A stretch of 64,000 nucleotides of DNA, from contig CAKZKT010000014.1 in the NCBI GenBank assembly GCA_937124585.1, positions 7,393 through 71,392 of the forward strand, written 5' to 3'. The translations under genes were made by a program, and so were the position numbers. Below the pieces are notes generated by a model. It was not told the origin of the DNA, ran no database searches, and saw nothing but the letters and a program-made list of their open reading frames with translations. Position 1 is the first letter of the stretch; every line of letters starts with the position of its first letter. Origin of the DNA: an uncultured Anaerolineae bacterium (lineage in GTDB: Bacteria > Chloroflexota > Anaerolineae > CG2-30-64-16). Below are positions 49,786 through 58,568 of the stretch, piece by piece.

Positions 49786-51743
49786 AGCTACAGACCAAAT
49801 TCGCACTGGCCGTAATTATCCTTTTCGCGCTATTAGCCGCCGCCATGGCCGTGTTGAGCGCCACCCTGGTCAACCGCTACACCATTCGCGAGGCCGAGAA
49901 CCGCGTCCGCATCTACATGCGCGCGGCGTGGGAGATCCACGACAGCAAAATCGGCCGAACCCGGGCGGCGCTGGAAGTGCTGGCGCGTGATCCCGTGGTA
50001 GTGAACTTCTTGGCCGCCGGCGCCCCGGAGGCGATGACAGTCCAACTGCGGGACACGCTGGAGGCGATCCGCCGCGACCAGAAGATGGACATCCTGAACG
50101 TCCTGTCCCCCGAAGGCCGCGTCCTGATGCGCACGCGCGCGCCCTACAACAAAGGCGACAGCCTGATACAAGACCCGTTGATCAAGCAGGCTGCCGCCCT
50201 GCGGGAAAGCGTCACGGGGAACATCATCATGGAACAGGACCGGCTGGACATCGAGGGCAGCGAACTGATCGAACGGTGTCTGGCGGTAGGCAATGAGCCC
50301 CGTGGGCTGTTCGGCGGCGCGGCCGTGCCCGTCCTGGATGCGAACGACCGCCTGGTCGGCTTCATCGAGATGGGCTCGCTCCTGAACGGCGCTACCGAAA
50401 AGGTGGACGCCATCCGCAATGCGGTCTTCGCCAACGAGATCTACAACGGGAAGCCGGTGGGCACGGCCACCATCTTCATGGGGGACCTGCGGGTCTCGAC
50501 CAATGTGCTGGACAACCAGGGCCGCCGCGCCGTCGGCACGCGTGTCTCCAAAGAGGTGGCCGACCGCGTGCTGGGGGAAGGCCTCTCGTGGACCGGACGC
50601 GCGTTCGTGGTGGACACCTGGTATCTCGCCCAATACGATCCGATCCGGAATCCCGATGGCAAAGTCGTCGGCATGCTGTATGTCGGCGAACTGGAACAAA
50701 AATACCTGGACCTGCGCGCGCGGACTGTGGCGCTGAACCTGACGGTGATCCTGGCCGGCATGCTGCTCTCCTTCGTGGGTGCCCTGGGGCTGGTGAGAAA
50801 CATCGTCAAGCCGATCCGGGCCCTGGCAGGCGCCACCCAACGCCTGGCCGCCGGTGACTTCAGCTACCGCGTCGATATCAGACGCTCCGATGAGCTGGGC
50901 GACCTGGCCTCCTGCTTCAACAAGATGGCCGACCGGTTGGAGCAGCAACGCCAGGAACTGGAGACCCGCCAAAGAGAGCTGGAGGCGGTAAGCCAGCAGT
51001 TGCAAACCACCAACCGGAACTACATCGAGATGCTGGGCTTCGTCACCCACGAGCTGAAGAACCCGCTCACGTCGGCCATCATGGGGCTCTACACCGTCAA
51101 AGACGGCTACCTGGGCGAACTGAACCCGGCCCAAAAGAAGAGTCTGGAGACGGTCGCCCGGAGCCTGGACTATTTCCAGGACATGGTGCGCAACTACCTG
51201 GACCTGTCTCGGCTGGAGCAAGGTGAACTGAAGGTGACGAAACGCCGCCTGGAGCTGCGGAAAGCGGTGGTGGAACCTGCGCTGGAGAGCCTGGAGCGCC
51301 AGCTGCAGGAACGCCGGATGGCCTTAGACAACCGCATCTCGCCGGCGCTGATCGTCAACGCCGACCCGACGCTCATCCGCATCGTGTACGACGACCTGCT
51401 CTCCAACGCGGTGAAATATGGCCGGGAAGGAGGCACCATCCTGCTGGAGGCAGAGGAAAGCGACGACGGCGTGACCCTGAGCGTGCGCAACGACGGCGAG
51501 GGCATACCGGCCGAGAAGAAATCGCAGCTCTTCCAGCGCTTCAGCCGGCTCGACACGCCCAGCGCCACAGGCAAAAAGGGCACGGGCCTGGGATTGTACA
51601 TCTGCAAAGAGATTGTCGAGAAACACGGCGGCAAGATCTGGGCCGATTCCAAATCGGGGGAATGGGTGAAGTTCAGCTTCACCCTCCCAAACGGCATTCA
51701 CAACACCCAACCCAAAGGGGGGACACGAGACACGCATGTTTAG
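49782..51743 (+). CDS. Second membrane sensor histidine kinase (Cache-HAMP-HisKA-HATPase)
   Basis: ATIFMGDLRVSTNV, HAMP, VTHELKNP, SNAVKY, NDGEGI, GTGLGL; ATGA overlap with the first kinase. Confidence 0.92.
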   Translation: MKLQTKFALAVIILFALLAAAMAVLSATLVNRYTIREAENRVRIYMRAAWEIHDSKIGRTRAALEVLARDPVVVNFLAAGAPEAMTVQLRDTLEAIRRDQKMDILNVLSPEGRVLMRTRAPYNKGDSLIQDPLIKQAAALRESVTGNIIMEQDRLDIEGSELIERCLAVGNEPRGLFGGAAVPVLDANDRLVGFIEMGSLLNGATEKVDAIRNAVFANEIYNGKPVGTATIFMGDLRVSTNVLDNQGRRAVGTRVSKEVADRVLGEGLSWTGRAFVVDTWYLAQYDPIRNPDGKVVGMLYVGELEQKYLDLRARTVALNLTVILAGMLLSFVGALGLVRNIVKPIRALAGATQRLAAGDFSYRVDIRRSDELGDLASCFNKMADRLEQQRQELETRQRELEAVSQQLQTTNRNYIEMLGFVTHELKNPLTSAIMGLYTVKDGYLGELNPAQKKSLETVARSLDYFQDMVRNYLDLSRLEQGELKVTKRRLELRKAVVEPALESLERQLQERRMALDNRISPALIVNADPTLIRIVYDDLLSNAVKYGREGGTILLEAEESDDGVTLSVRNDGEGIPAEKKSQLFQRFSRLDTPSATGKKGTGLGLYICKEIVEKHGGKIWADSKSGEWVKFSFTLPNGIHNTQPKGGTRDTHV

Positions 51744-51768
51744 CGTTATGGCTAAGGGAGGCCAGACG

Positions 51769-52185
51769 ATGACCCGCAAACAACGCATCCTCGTCGTGGA
51801 CGATGACGTCCAGGTGGTGGACGCCATGGAAACCTTGTTGCAAGGTGTAGGATACGAGACCTTGCATGCTTACCGGGCCGAAGATGGAATCGAGCTGGCC
51901 CGGCAGGCCAAACCGGATTTGATGCTGCTCGATGTCATGTTCGCGGGGCCGCCCGGCCCGGACGGGTTCGAGACGGCCCGCACCATGCGCGGGGACCCGG
52001 AACTTCGAGACATCCCCATCATCATCCTGTCCGGGATCAAGACCGTGCTGGGGATCAGCTACGACGTGGCTCCAGACGAGACGTGGATGCCCGTCAAAGC
52101 GTTCCTGGAGAAGCCGGTGCGGCCTGACAGGCTGTTGAAAGAGATCGAGAAGATCCTCGGACCGCGTGAAAAGGCAGTCGCATAA
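51769..52185 (+). CDS. Single-domain response regulator
   Basis: ILVVDDD, LMLLDVM, ILSG, FLEKP; SD AAGGGAGG. Confidence 0.88.
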   Translation: MTRKQRILVVDDDVQVVDAMETLLQGVGYETLHAYRAEDGIELARQAKPDLMLLDVMFAGPPGPDGFETARTMRGDPELRDIPIIILSGIKTVLGISYDVAPDETWMPVKAFLEKPVRPDRLLKEIEKILGPREKAVA

Positions 52186-52188
52186 CCC

Positions 52189-54429
52189 ATGACAACGCGC
52201 GGCAAGGTCCTGGTCATTGATGATGAACTGGGCATTCGCGAGGGCTGCAAGCGGGCCCTGACCTCCCAGGGCTTCACGGTTGATGTGGCGCAGGACGGCC
52301 TTGACGGGCTGGCAAAGATCAAGGCCAACGGCTACGACGTGATTCTGCTGGACATCATGATGCCGGGGATCGGGGGCATCGAACTGCTGAGCCTGATCCG
52401 CGAGCACGACCCGGAGGCGGTCTGCATCATCATCACCGGTTACGGCACCGTGCAGGTGGCGGTGAACGCCATCAAACGCGGGGCCTATGACTTCCTTACC
52501 AAGCCGTTCACCGTGGACGACCTGCTGTTGGCGGTCAGCCATGGGCTGGAGCACCGGCGCCTGTTGTTGGAAGAGCAGCGGCTGAAGGCGCTAGAGGCCG
52601 AAACGCAGCAACTGGCTTACGAGAAACGCAAACTGGAGGAGGTGGAAAAAGCCAAGGCAACCTTCATCCGTCTGGTCACCCACGAGCTGCAAGCACCCAT
52701 CGCAGCCATCCAGGGCTATCTGCAGTTGATCCTGGACGGCTACGTTGAGCCCGAGAAACAACGGGAGGTGCTGGAAAAGGCGTCGGCGCGCGCCCAGGAG
52801 CAGATGGCGTTGATCGCCGACCTGCTGACCCTCAGCAAATTGCGCGATGCCCGCCAGCGCGAACAGGCTACCGAAGTGCGGCTGGACGAGCTGCTGCGCC
52901 AGGTGCTCGAGCCGTTTCAAGCGCAAGCCGTCGAAAAGGGCGTGTTGTTGCGCGCGAACATCGAGGGAGAAATCCCGGCCGTGCGTGGCATTGCCGGTGA
53001 GTTCAAGAGCCTCTTTGCGAACTTGATCAGCAACGCCATCAAATACACGCCGGCGGGCGGTTCCGTGGCAGTCAGCCTGCGCACGGATGACGGCAAGGTC
53101 ATCGGCTGCGTCAGCGACACCGGCATCGGCATCCCTCCCGAGGCGCGCGATCGCCTCTTCTCCGAATTCTTTCGAGCCGACAACGCCAAGGCCATGGCGT
53201 TGCGCGGCACGGGGCTGGGCCTGGTGATCGTCAAGCAGGCGGTGGAAAACGCCGGTGGACAGATTTGGGTCGAGTCAGAGCTTAACCGCGGGACAACTTT
53301 CACTTTTACCATACCGACAATGGCCGTCGCTGAAGAGCGACCAGAGCCCGTGAGTATTGAACCAAAGAAAGGAGGTCGGATGAGCCTAAGAATCATCGAA
53401 AAAAGCGCGCTGCCCGCGTTCGTTGCCGGCATCATGCGCGAGTACGAGGTGGTGGGGCCCCAGACCAAAGAGATATTGCCCAACGGCAAGAGCCAGTTCG
53501 TGTTCGGCCCCCTCACCAATCCCCATCAATTGCGGTTGGATTACGACACCACCGTTCTGCCGCCCAAGAAGTACCTTTTGCCCCAAGAAGAGGTGCTGTT
53601 CACCTTCGACACAGGAAGCCTCGCCGCCACGCCCCGCTTCGACACGCAGCCGCGTGTGCTGTTCGGCGTTCACACCTGCGATATCCACGCCTTGGCCCTG
53701 CTGGACGCCGTCTTTGCCACCGGCCAGCGCGATGAGCACTACCTCAAGCGGCGAGCCTCGACCCTGATCGTCGGCATCGAGTGCCTGGCGCCGTGCGATG
53801 AACACAGCTTCTGCAAGAGCATGGGCACCCTGACGGCGGATAAAGGATTCGACCTGCACCTCATTGACCTGGGGCAACGCTACGCCGTAGAGGTGGGCAC
53901 CGCGGCCGGCGAGGCGCTGCTGGCCAGACACGCGGCCGCGCGCATGGCCGATGAAAGTGACATCGAACTGCTGAACCGGGTGCTTTCGGAGAAATGGCCG
54001 CGCTTCCCCTATCGGCTCGATTTCGACGGCAGCGAATTGCCCAACCTGATGGCGCTGAGCTACAAAGACCCGCTCTGGGAGGAACTAGGTCAACGTTGTC
54101 TGTCATGCGCGGCGTGCAACCTGGTGTGCCCCACCTGCTATTGCTTCAACGTCGTTGACCAGGTGACGCTGGACCGGAAAAACGGCGAGCGGATACGGAA
54201 ATGGGATAGCTGTCAATTGGATGAATTCGCCCGCGTCGCCACCGGTGAAAACTTCCGACACAAGCGCTCACAACGCCAGCGTCACCGCTTCTTCCGCAAA
54301 GGCAAGTACATCCCGGAGATGCACGGCGAGCTGGGCTGTGTGGGCTGTGGCCGCTGTGCGCGCGCTTGCCTGGTAGACATCACCCCGGTCGGCGTCTGGA
54401 ACAAGTTGTACCAGGCGCACGCGAGCTAG
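52189..54429 (+). CDS. In-frame fusion: hybrid REC-HisKA-HATPase kinase plus sulfhydrogenase beta (HydB/AsrA-like) Fe-S subunit
   Basis: aa 1-~385 carry VLVIDDE, LLDIMMP, FLTKP, VTHELQAP, SNAIKY, DTGIG and GTGLGL. From aa 398 come PPKKYL, GVHTCD, CLSCAACNLVCPTCYC and CVGCGRCARAC. No stop codon lies between them. Confidence 0.88.
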   Translation: MTTRGKVLVIDDELGIREGCKRALTSQGFTVDVAQDGLDGLAKIKANGYDVILLDIMMPGIGGIELLSLIREHDPEAVCIIITGYGTVQVAVNAIKRGAYDFLTKPFTVDDLLLAVSHGLEHRRLLLEEQRLKALEAETQQLAYEKRKLEEVEKAKATFIRLVTHELQAPIAAIQGYLQLILDGYVEPEKQREVLEKASARAQEQMALIADLLTLSKLRDARQREQATEVRLDELLRQVLEPFQAQAVEKGVLLRANIEGEIPAVRGIAGEFKSLFANLISNAIKYTPAGGSVAVSLRTDDGKVIGCVSDTGIGIPPEARDRLFSEFFRADNAKAMALRGTGLGLVIVKQAVENAGGQIWVESELNRGTTFTFTIPTMAVAEERPEPVSIEPKKGGRMSLRIIEKSALPAFVAGIMREYEVVGPQTKEILPNGKSQFVFGPLTNPHQLRLDYDTTVLPPKKYLLPQEEVLFTFDTGSLAATPRFDTQPRVLFGVHTCDIHALALLDAVFATGQRDEHYLKRRASTLIVGIECLAPCDEHSFCKSMGTLTADKGFDLHLIDLGQRYAVEVGTAAGEALLARHAAARMADESDIELLNRVLSEKWPRFPYRLDFDGSELPNLMALSYKDPLWEELGQRCLSCAACNLVCPTCYCFNVVDQVTLDRKNGERIRKWDSCQLDEFARVATGENFRHKRSQRQRHRFFRKGKYIPEMHGELGCVGCGRCARACLVDITPVGVWNKLYQAHAS
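53380..54429 (+). CDS. hydB: Group 3b hydrogenase beta subunit translated from an internal start
   Basis: SD AAAGGAGG directly precedes the in-frame ATG at 53380 (MSLRIIEK). Confidence 0.65.
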   Translation: MSLRIIEKSALPAFVAGIMREYEVVGPQTKEILPNGKSQFVFGPLTNPHQLRLDYDTTVLPPKKYLLPQEEVLFTFDTGSLAATPRFDTQPRVLFGVHTCDIHALALLDAVFATGQRDEHYLKRRASTLIVGIECLAPCDEHSFCKSMGTLTADKGFDLHLIDLGQRYAVEVGTAAGEALLARHAAARMADESDIELLNRVLSEKWPRFPYRLDFDGSELPNLMALSYKDPLWEELGQRCLSCAACNLVCPTCYCFNVVDQVTLDRKNGERIRKWDSCQLDEFARVATGENFRHKRSQRQRHRFFRKGKYIPEMHGELGCVGCGRCARACLVDITPVGVWNKLYQAHAS

Positions 54430-54438
54430 GAGGCTGTT

Positions 54439-55275
54439 ATGGCAATACCGACAGTCGGTTCAATCTACGTTCCCAGCCCGGCGCGCATTGCCAAAGTGCA
54501 GCAGCTGACCGCGCTGGAGAAGCTGTTTACCATTGAGCTGCCCTGGGGCCAAAGCCTGGGACATGAGCCGGGCCAATTCGTCGAGGTGAGCATCTTCGGC
54601 GTCGGTGAGGCGCCCATCTCCATCAGTTCGTCCCCCAGCCGAAGCAACGGCACCTTCGAGCTTTGCGTGCGCAAGGTGGGCGACGTCACCGCGGCCATGC
54701 ACAAGCTGGAGGTCGGCGCCAGCATCGGCGTGCGCGGCCCGTTCGGCCACGGCTTCCAAATCGAGAAGATGCGCGGCAAAGATATCCTGTTCGCACCCGG
54801 CGGCCTGGGGCTGGCGCCTGCGCGCAGTTTGATCAACCAGGTCTTGGACGAGCGCGGCTCCTTCGGCCGCGTCATCATCCTGTACGGCGCCAAGAACCCC
54901 TCTGAACTGCTGTTCAAGGACGAATTGGAGGCATGGAGCAAGCGGCCGGATGTGGAGTTCCATGTGACCGTGGATCGGCCCGACTCGACCTGGAACGGCA
55001 ACGTCGGGGTGATCACTACCCTGTTCAAGAAGATCCATGTAAACCCGCGCAACACCGTGGCGGTAACCGTTGGCCCGCCCATCATGTACCGCTTCGTGTT
55101 GATGGAACTGCTGGGCAAGGGCATCCCGGAGACCCAGATCTGGATGTCCCTGGAACGGCGGATGAAATGCGGTGTCGGGAAATGCGGTCACTGTCAGATC
55201 AACAACCTGTACTGCTGCCAGCAAGGCCCGGCCTTCACTTACGCCCAGATCAAAGGCGTCGAGGAGGCGATTTGA
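54439..55275 (+). CDS. hydG: Group 3b hydrogenase gamma subunit (FAD/NAD(P), 2Fe-2S)
   Basis: PGQFVEV, GEAPISISS, RGPFG, GGLGLAP, LERRMKCGVGKCGHC, CCQQGP. Confidence 0.9.
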   Translation: MAIPTVGSIYVPSPARIAKVQQLTALEKLFTIELPWGQSLGHEPGQFVEVSIFGVGEAPISISSSPSRSNGTFELCVRKVGDVTAAMHKLEVGASIGVRGPFGHGFQIEKMRGKDILFAPGGLGLAPARSLINQVLDERGSFGRVIILYGAKNPSELLFKDELEAWSKRPDVEFHVTVDRPDSTWNGNVGVITTLFKKIHVNPRNTVAVTVGPPIMYRFVLMELLGKGIPETQIWMSLERRMKCGVGKCGHCQINNLYCCQQGPAFTYAQIKGVEEAI

Positions 55276-56021
55276 TGAAACCCAAAGTGGCTTTCTTCGA
55301 CTTCACCAGTTGCGAAGGCTGCCAGCTCACGGTGGTGGACAGCCTGCAAACGCATACCGAGCTCCTCGATGCGGTCGAGATCGTACAATTTCGTGAGGCG
55401 ATGACCGAAAAGGGCGAGGACTACGCGGTGGCCTTTGTGGAGGGCTCCATCAGCCGGCCCAGTGACGAGCCGCGGCTGAAGCGCATTCGCGAGCAAGCCG
55501 CGGTGCTGGTCGCCCTGGGTGCCTGCGCGCACCTGGGCGGCATCAACGCGATCCGCAACGCCATGCCGCTGGACGACGTGCGCCGCTACGTGTACGGCGA
55601 CAAGGCCGACTGGTACGAAACCTACCCGGCCCGGCCGATCAGCGCCGTCGTGCCGGTAGACGCCGTGATCCCTGGCTGCCCCATTGACCGCAACGAATTC
55701 CTGGAGGTGGTCAAGGCGCTGTTGTTGGGCAAAAAGCCGCCGCTGCCCGATTATCCCCTGTGTGTGGAATGCAAGCTCAAGGAACACACCTGTCTGTTTC
55801 ATAAGGGCGGCTATTGCCTGGGGCCGGTAACGCGCGCGGGCTGCGGCGCCATTTGTCCCACCTATGGCGACGGTTGCGAAGGCTGCCGAGGCCTGATCCC
55901 TGACCCGAACCGCAACGCCATGAGCGAGGTCTTGTTGGAACACGGCCTGACCGTAGATGCGATGCTGGCGCGCTGGACGATGTTTGGGACGTATCAGCAG
56001 ATGGAAACGGGGAAAAAATAG
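55275..56021 (+). CDS. hydD: Group 3b [NiFe]-hydrogenase small (delta) subunit
   Basis: FTSCEGCQ, VEGS, ALGACA, IPGCP, LCVEC, CLGPVTRAGC...CP...CEGCRG. Confidence 0.92.
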   Translation: MKPKVAFFDFTSCEGCQLTVVDSLQTHTELLDAVEIVQFREAMTEKGEDYAVAFVEGSISRPSDEPRLKRIREQAAVLVALGACAHLGGINAIRNAMPLDDVRRYVYGDKADWYETYPARPISAVVPVDAVIPGCPIDRNEFLEVVKALLLGKKPPLPDYPLCVECKLKEHTCLFHKGGYCLGPVTRAGCGAICPTYGDGCEGCRGLIPDPNRNAMSEVLLEHGLTVDAMLARWTMFGTYQQMETGKK

Positions 56022-56122
56022 AAGCTGGAAGTGAGCAGGCAGAAAGCCCAAGATGATGGTTTCTGGTTGGCCGTCAGTCGTCGGGCACCGGTCGCCCGCT
56101 TCCGGCCACCGGCTTCCGGTTA
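56022..56122. repeat. Degenerate heptamer-periodic intergenic stretch
   Basis: aagctgg aagtgag caggcag aaagccc ... ccggtcg cccgctt ccggcca ccggctt ccggtta. Confidence 0.45.
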
Positions 56123-56137
56123 AGGAGAGGATGATTT

Positions 56138-57427
56138 ATGGCAAATGTCAACATAGAAGTTCATCACGTCACCCGTGTCGAGGGGCATGGGAACATCGTG
56201 GTCAATGCCAAAAACGGCGTGCTGGAGGAATGCCGGCTGGAGATCGTGGAGACCCCGCGCTTCTTCGAAGCGATGTTGCGCGGCCGGCCATACACGCAGT
56301 CCAGCCATATCACCAGCCGGATCTGCGGCATCTGCGCCGTGGGCCATGCCACGGCCAGCCTGCGCGCCACCGAGAACGCGCTGGGCATCGAGCCGTCGGA
56401 GCAGACGGTGTTGCTCCGCAAGCTGAACTTCCACGGCGAGATCATTGACAGCCATGTGCTGCACGTGTACATGCTGGTCGCGCCCGACATGTTCGGCGTT
56501 GGCTCAGTGATCCCCCTGGTGAAGACGGCGCCCGATGTGGTATTGCGCGCGCTGCGCATCAAGAAGCTTTCCGGCGACCTGTGCGCAACCATCGGCGGCC
56601 GCCACACCCATCCGATCGCCATGGCCGTGGGCGGCTTTACCCATTACCCCACCGTGGCCGAGCTGAAGGCGCTGCGCCAGCGGCTGGTGGACGCCCGGGC
56701 CGACATGGACGAGACGGTCAAGCTGGCGAAAACGCTGCCCTGGCCGCAGTTCAACCGCGAGACCGAATACGTGGCGCTGCGCAAAGAGGACGAGTACGCT
56801 TTCATTGACGGCACCATCACCACGACCGACGGCGGAAAGTATCCAGTGAAGGACTACCGCAAAGTCACCAACGAACGCATGGTGCCGCACTCCACCGCCA
56901 AGTACACCGCGCACAAGCGTGAATCGTACATGGTGGGCGCGCTGGCGCGCTTCAACGTCAATTACGACAAGCTGCACCCGCGCGCTCAGGCCGCGGCCGA
57001 GGAACTGGGCCTGAAGCCGATCTGCACCAACCCATACCTGAACACGGCGGCCCAGGTGGTGGAGATGGTGCACAGCGTCGAAGATTCCATCCGCATCATT
57101 GACGAGCTGTTGGTGCGGGGCATCCATCCGGAACCGCTGCCGCCGTTCCCCGGCCGGGGCGGCGAGGGGGTCGGCTCCTGCGAGGTGCCGCGCGGGATCC
57201 TCTTCCACAACTATCAGATCGGCGAGAACGGCTTGGTAAAGAACGCCAACTGCATCATCCCCACAGGGCAAAACCTGGCGAACATCGAAGCGGACATGCG
57301 CAAACTGGTGCCGGAGATCCTCGATCGGCCCCAGGACGAAATCCGACTGATGCTGGAGATGCTGGTGCGCGCGTACGACCCGTGCATCTCGTGCTCGGTG
57401 CACTTTCTGGAGGTGAAGTTTGTTTGA
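56138..57427 (+). CDS. hydA: Group 3b [NiFe]-hydrogenase large (alpha) subunit
   Basis: TRVEGHG, L1 SRICGICAVGH, EVPRG, L2 YDPCISCSVH, followed by a 7-aa cleavable tail. Confidence 0.95.
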   Translation: MANVNIEVHHVTRVEGHGNIVVNAKNGVLEECRLEIVETPRFFEAMLRGRPYTQSSHITSRICGICAVGHATASLRATENALGIEPSEQTVLLRKLNFHGEIIDSHVLHVYMLVAPDMFGVGSVIPLVKTAPDVVLRALRIKKLSGDLCATIGGRHTHPIAMAVGGFTHYPTVAELKALRQRLVDARADMDETVKLAKTLPWPQFNRETEYVALRKEDEYAFIDGTITTTDGGKYPVKDYRKVTNERMVPHSTAKYTAHKRESYMVGALARFNVNYDKLHPRAQAAAEELGLKPICTNPYLNTAAQVVEMVHSVEDSIRIIDELLVRGIHPEPLPPFPGRGGEGVGSCEVPRGILFHNYQIGENGLVKNANCIIPTGQNLANIEADMRKLVPEILDRPQDEIRLMLEMLVRAYDPCISCSVHFLEVKFV

Positions 57428-58397
57428 CGACGGACGAAAGACGAAGGACGAAGGACGAAAGACGGACGAAACCGTTGATCATTCGTCATTCGTCATTCGT
57501 CCGGTCTTGGTCCTGGGCCTCGGCAACCCGCTGCAAGGGGATGATGGCGTCGGTTGCCGGGCCATCGAGGCGTTGCAGCAGTACACGCTGCCGGAGACGG
57601 TCGAAACCCTGGACGGCGGCACCCCCGGCATCGGGTTGTTGCACCTGCTGGAGGGGCGGCGGCGTGCCATTCTGGTGGACGCGGCCGAGATGGGCCAGCC
57701 GGCCGGCACCATCGTCCGGTTTCGAGCCGCAGACGTAACCCTGGCCGGCGCCGCAGAACGCCTCTCGCTCCACCGGACAGCGGTAGCCGATGCGCTGGCG
57801 CTGGCAGAGGCGCTGACGCTGTCGCTGCCGGACATCGTGTTTTTCGGGGTGCAGCCGGAACGTGTCGGCTGGGGCCAGGACCTGAGCCCCAAAGTCGCGG
57901 CCGCCGTACCACAGGTGGTACAGGCGATCTTGCATGAGATCTCTCACGATCCAAAGGAAGGGATACACATGCCCACGAAAAAAGAGGCTCCTGAAACCAA
58001 AGGCCTGATCTTGATCGTTGACGACGATCCAGACATGGTAGAAGCTTTGCGCATGCCGCTCGAGGCCCACCGCTACTCCGTAGCCCATGCTGCCAGCGGT
58101 CGTCTGGCCCTGAAGATGATCCCGGAGCTGCGACCCGACCTCATCATCCTGGACGTGATGATGGAAACGACCACCGAAGGTTTCCAGGTGTCCCTCGCGC
58201 TGCGCAGCCCCGACCCGCGCTCCGAATACGCGGCCTACAAAGACATCCCCATCCTAATGCTGACCTCGATCCACTCGACCACGCCGTTGCGCTTCGGGCC
58301 GGATCAGGACTACCTGCCGGTGGACGAGTTCATAGACAAGCCGGTGGACCCAGACAAGTTGGTTGCCAAAATCAACGCATTACTGGCCCGCAAGTAG
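57420..58397 (+). CDS. In-frame fusion: hydrogenase maturation protease plus receiver domain
   Basis: GLGNPLQGDDGVG, LDGGT, ILVDA, SLH, then from the ATG at 57969 (SD AAGGAAGG) LILIVDDD, IILDVMME, MLTS, FIDKP. No stop codon lies between them. Confidence 0.85.
   Translation: MFDDGRKTKDEGRKTDETVDHSSFVIRPVLVLGLGNPLQGDDGVGCRAIEALQQYTLPETVETLDGGTPGIGLLHLLEGRRRAILVDAAEMGQPAGTIVRFRAADVTLAGAAERLSLHRTAVADALALAEALTLSLPDIVFFGVQPERVGWGQDLSPKVAAAVPQVVQAILHEISHDPKEGIHMPTKKEAPETKGLILIVDDDPDMVEALRMPLEAHRYSVAHAASGRLALKMIPELRPDLIILDVMMETTTEGFQVSLALRSPDPRSEYAAYKDIPILMLTSIHSTTPLRFGPDQDYLPVDEFIDKPVDPDKLVAKINALLARK
57424..57501. repeat. Heptamer tandem/inverted repeat inside the protease 5' end
   Basis: GACGAA(A/G) repeated about five times, then TTCGTC(A) three times; the arms are complementary. 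Confidence 0.85.
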
Positions 58398-58412
58398 CGC
58401 CGCTCGGATACA

Positions 58413-58447
58413 CAGATGCCAGGCGCAGCCTGAACGCCTGGCATCTG
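58413..58447 (+). terminator. Hairpin closing the hydrogenase unit, related to the REP family
   Basis: CAGATGCCAGGCG-cagcctgaa-CGCCTGGCATCTG. Confidence 0.65.
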
Positions 58448-58568
58448 ATTAACCGGGACTATGACAGGCATCATTGCCGGGCCGACCGCTTTATGCTTTA
58501 AGAACGCTGAGCTTTCTATTCGACTCGCCAGCTATCTGGCTTTGCCAGCCATATTGAGGCGTTGAAGC

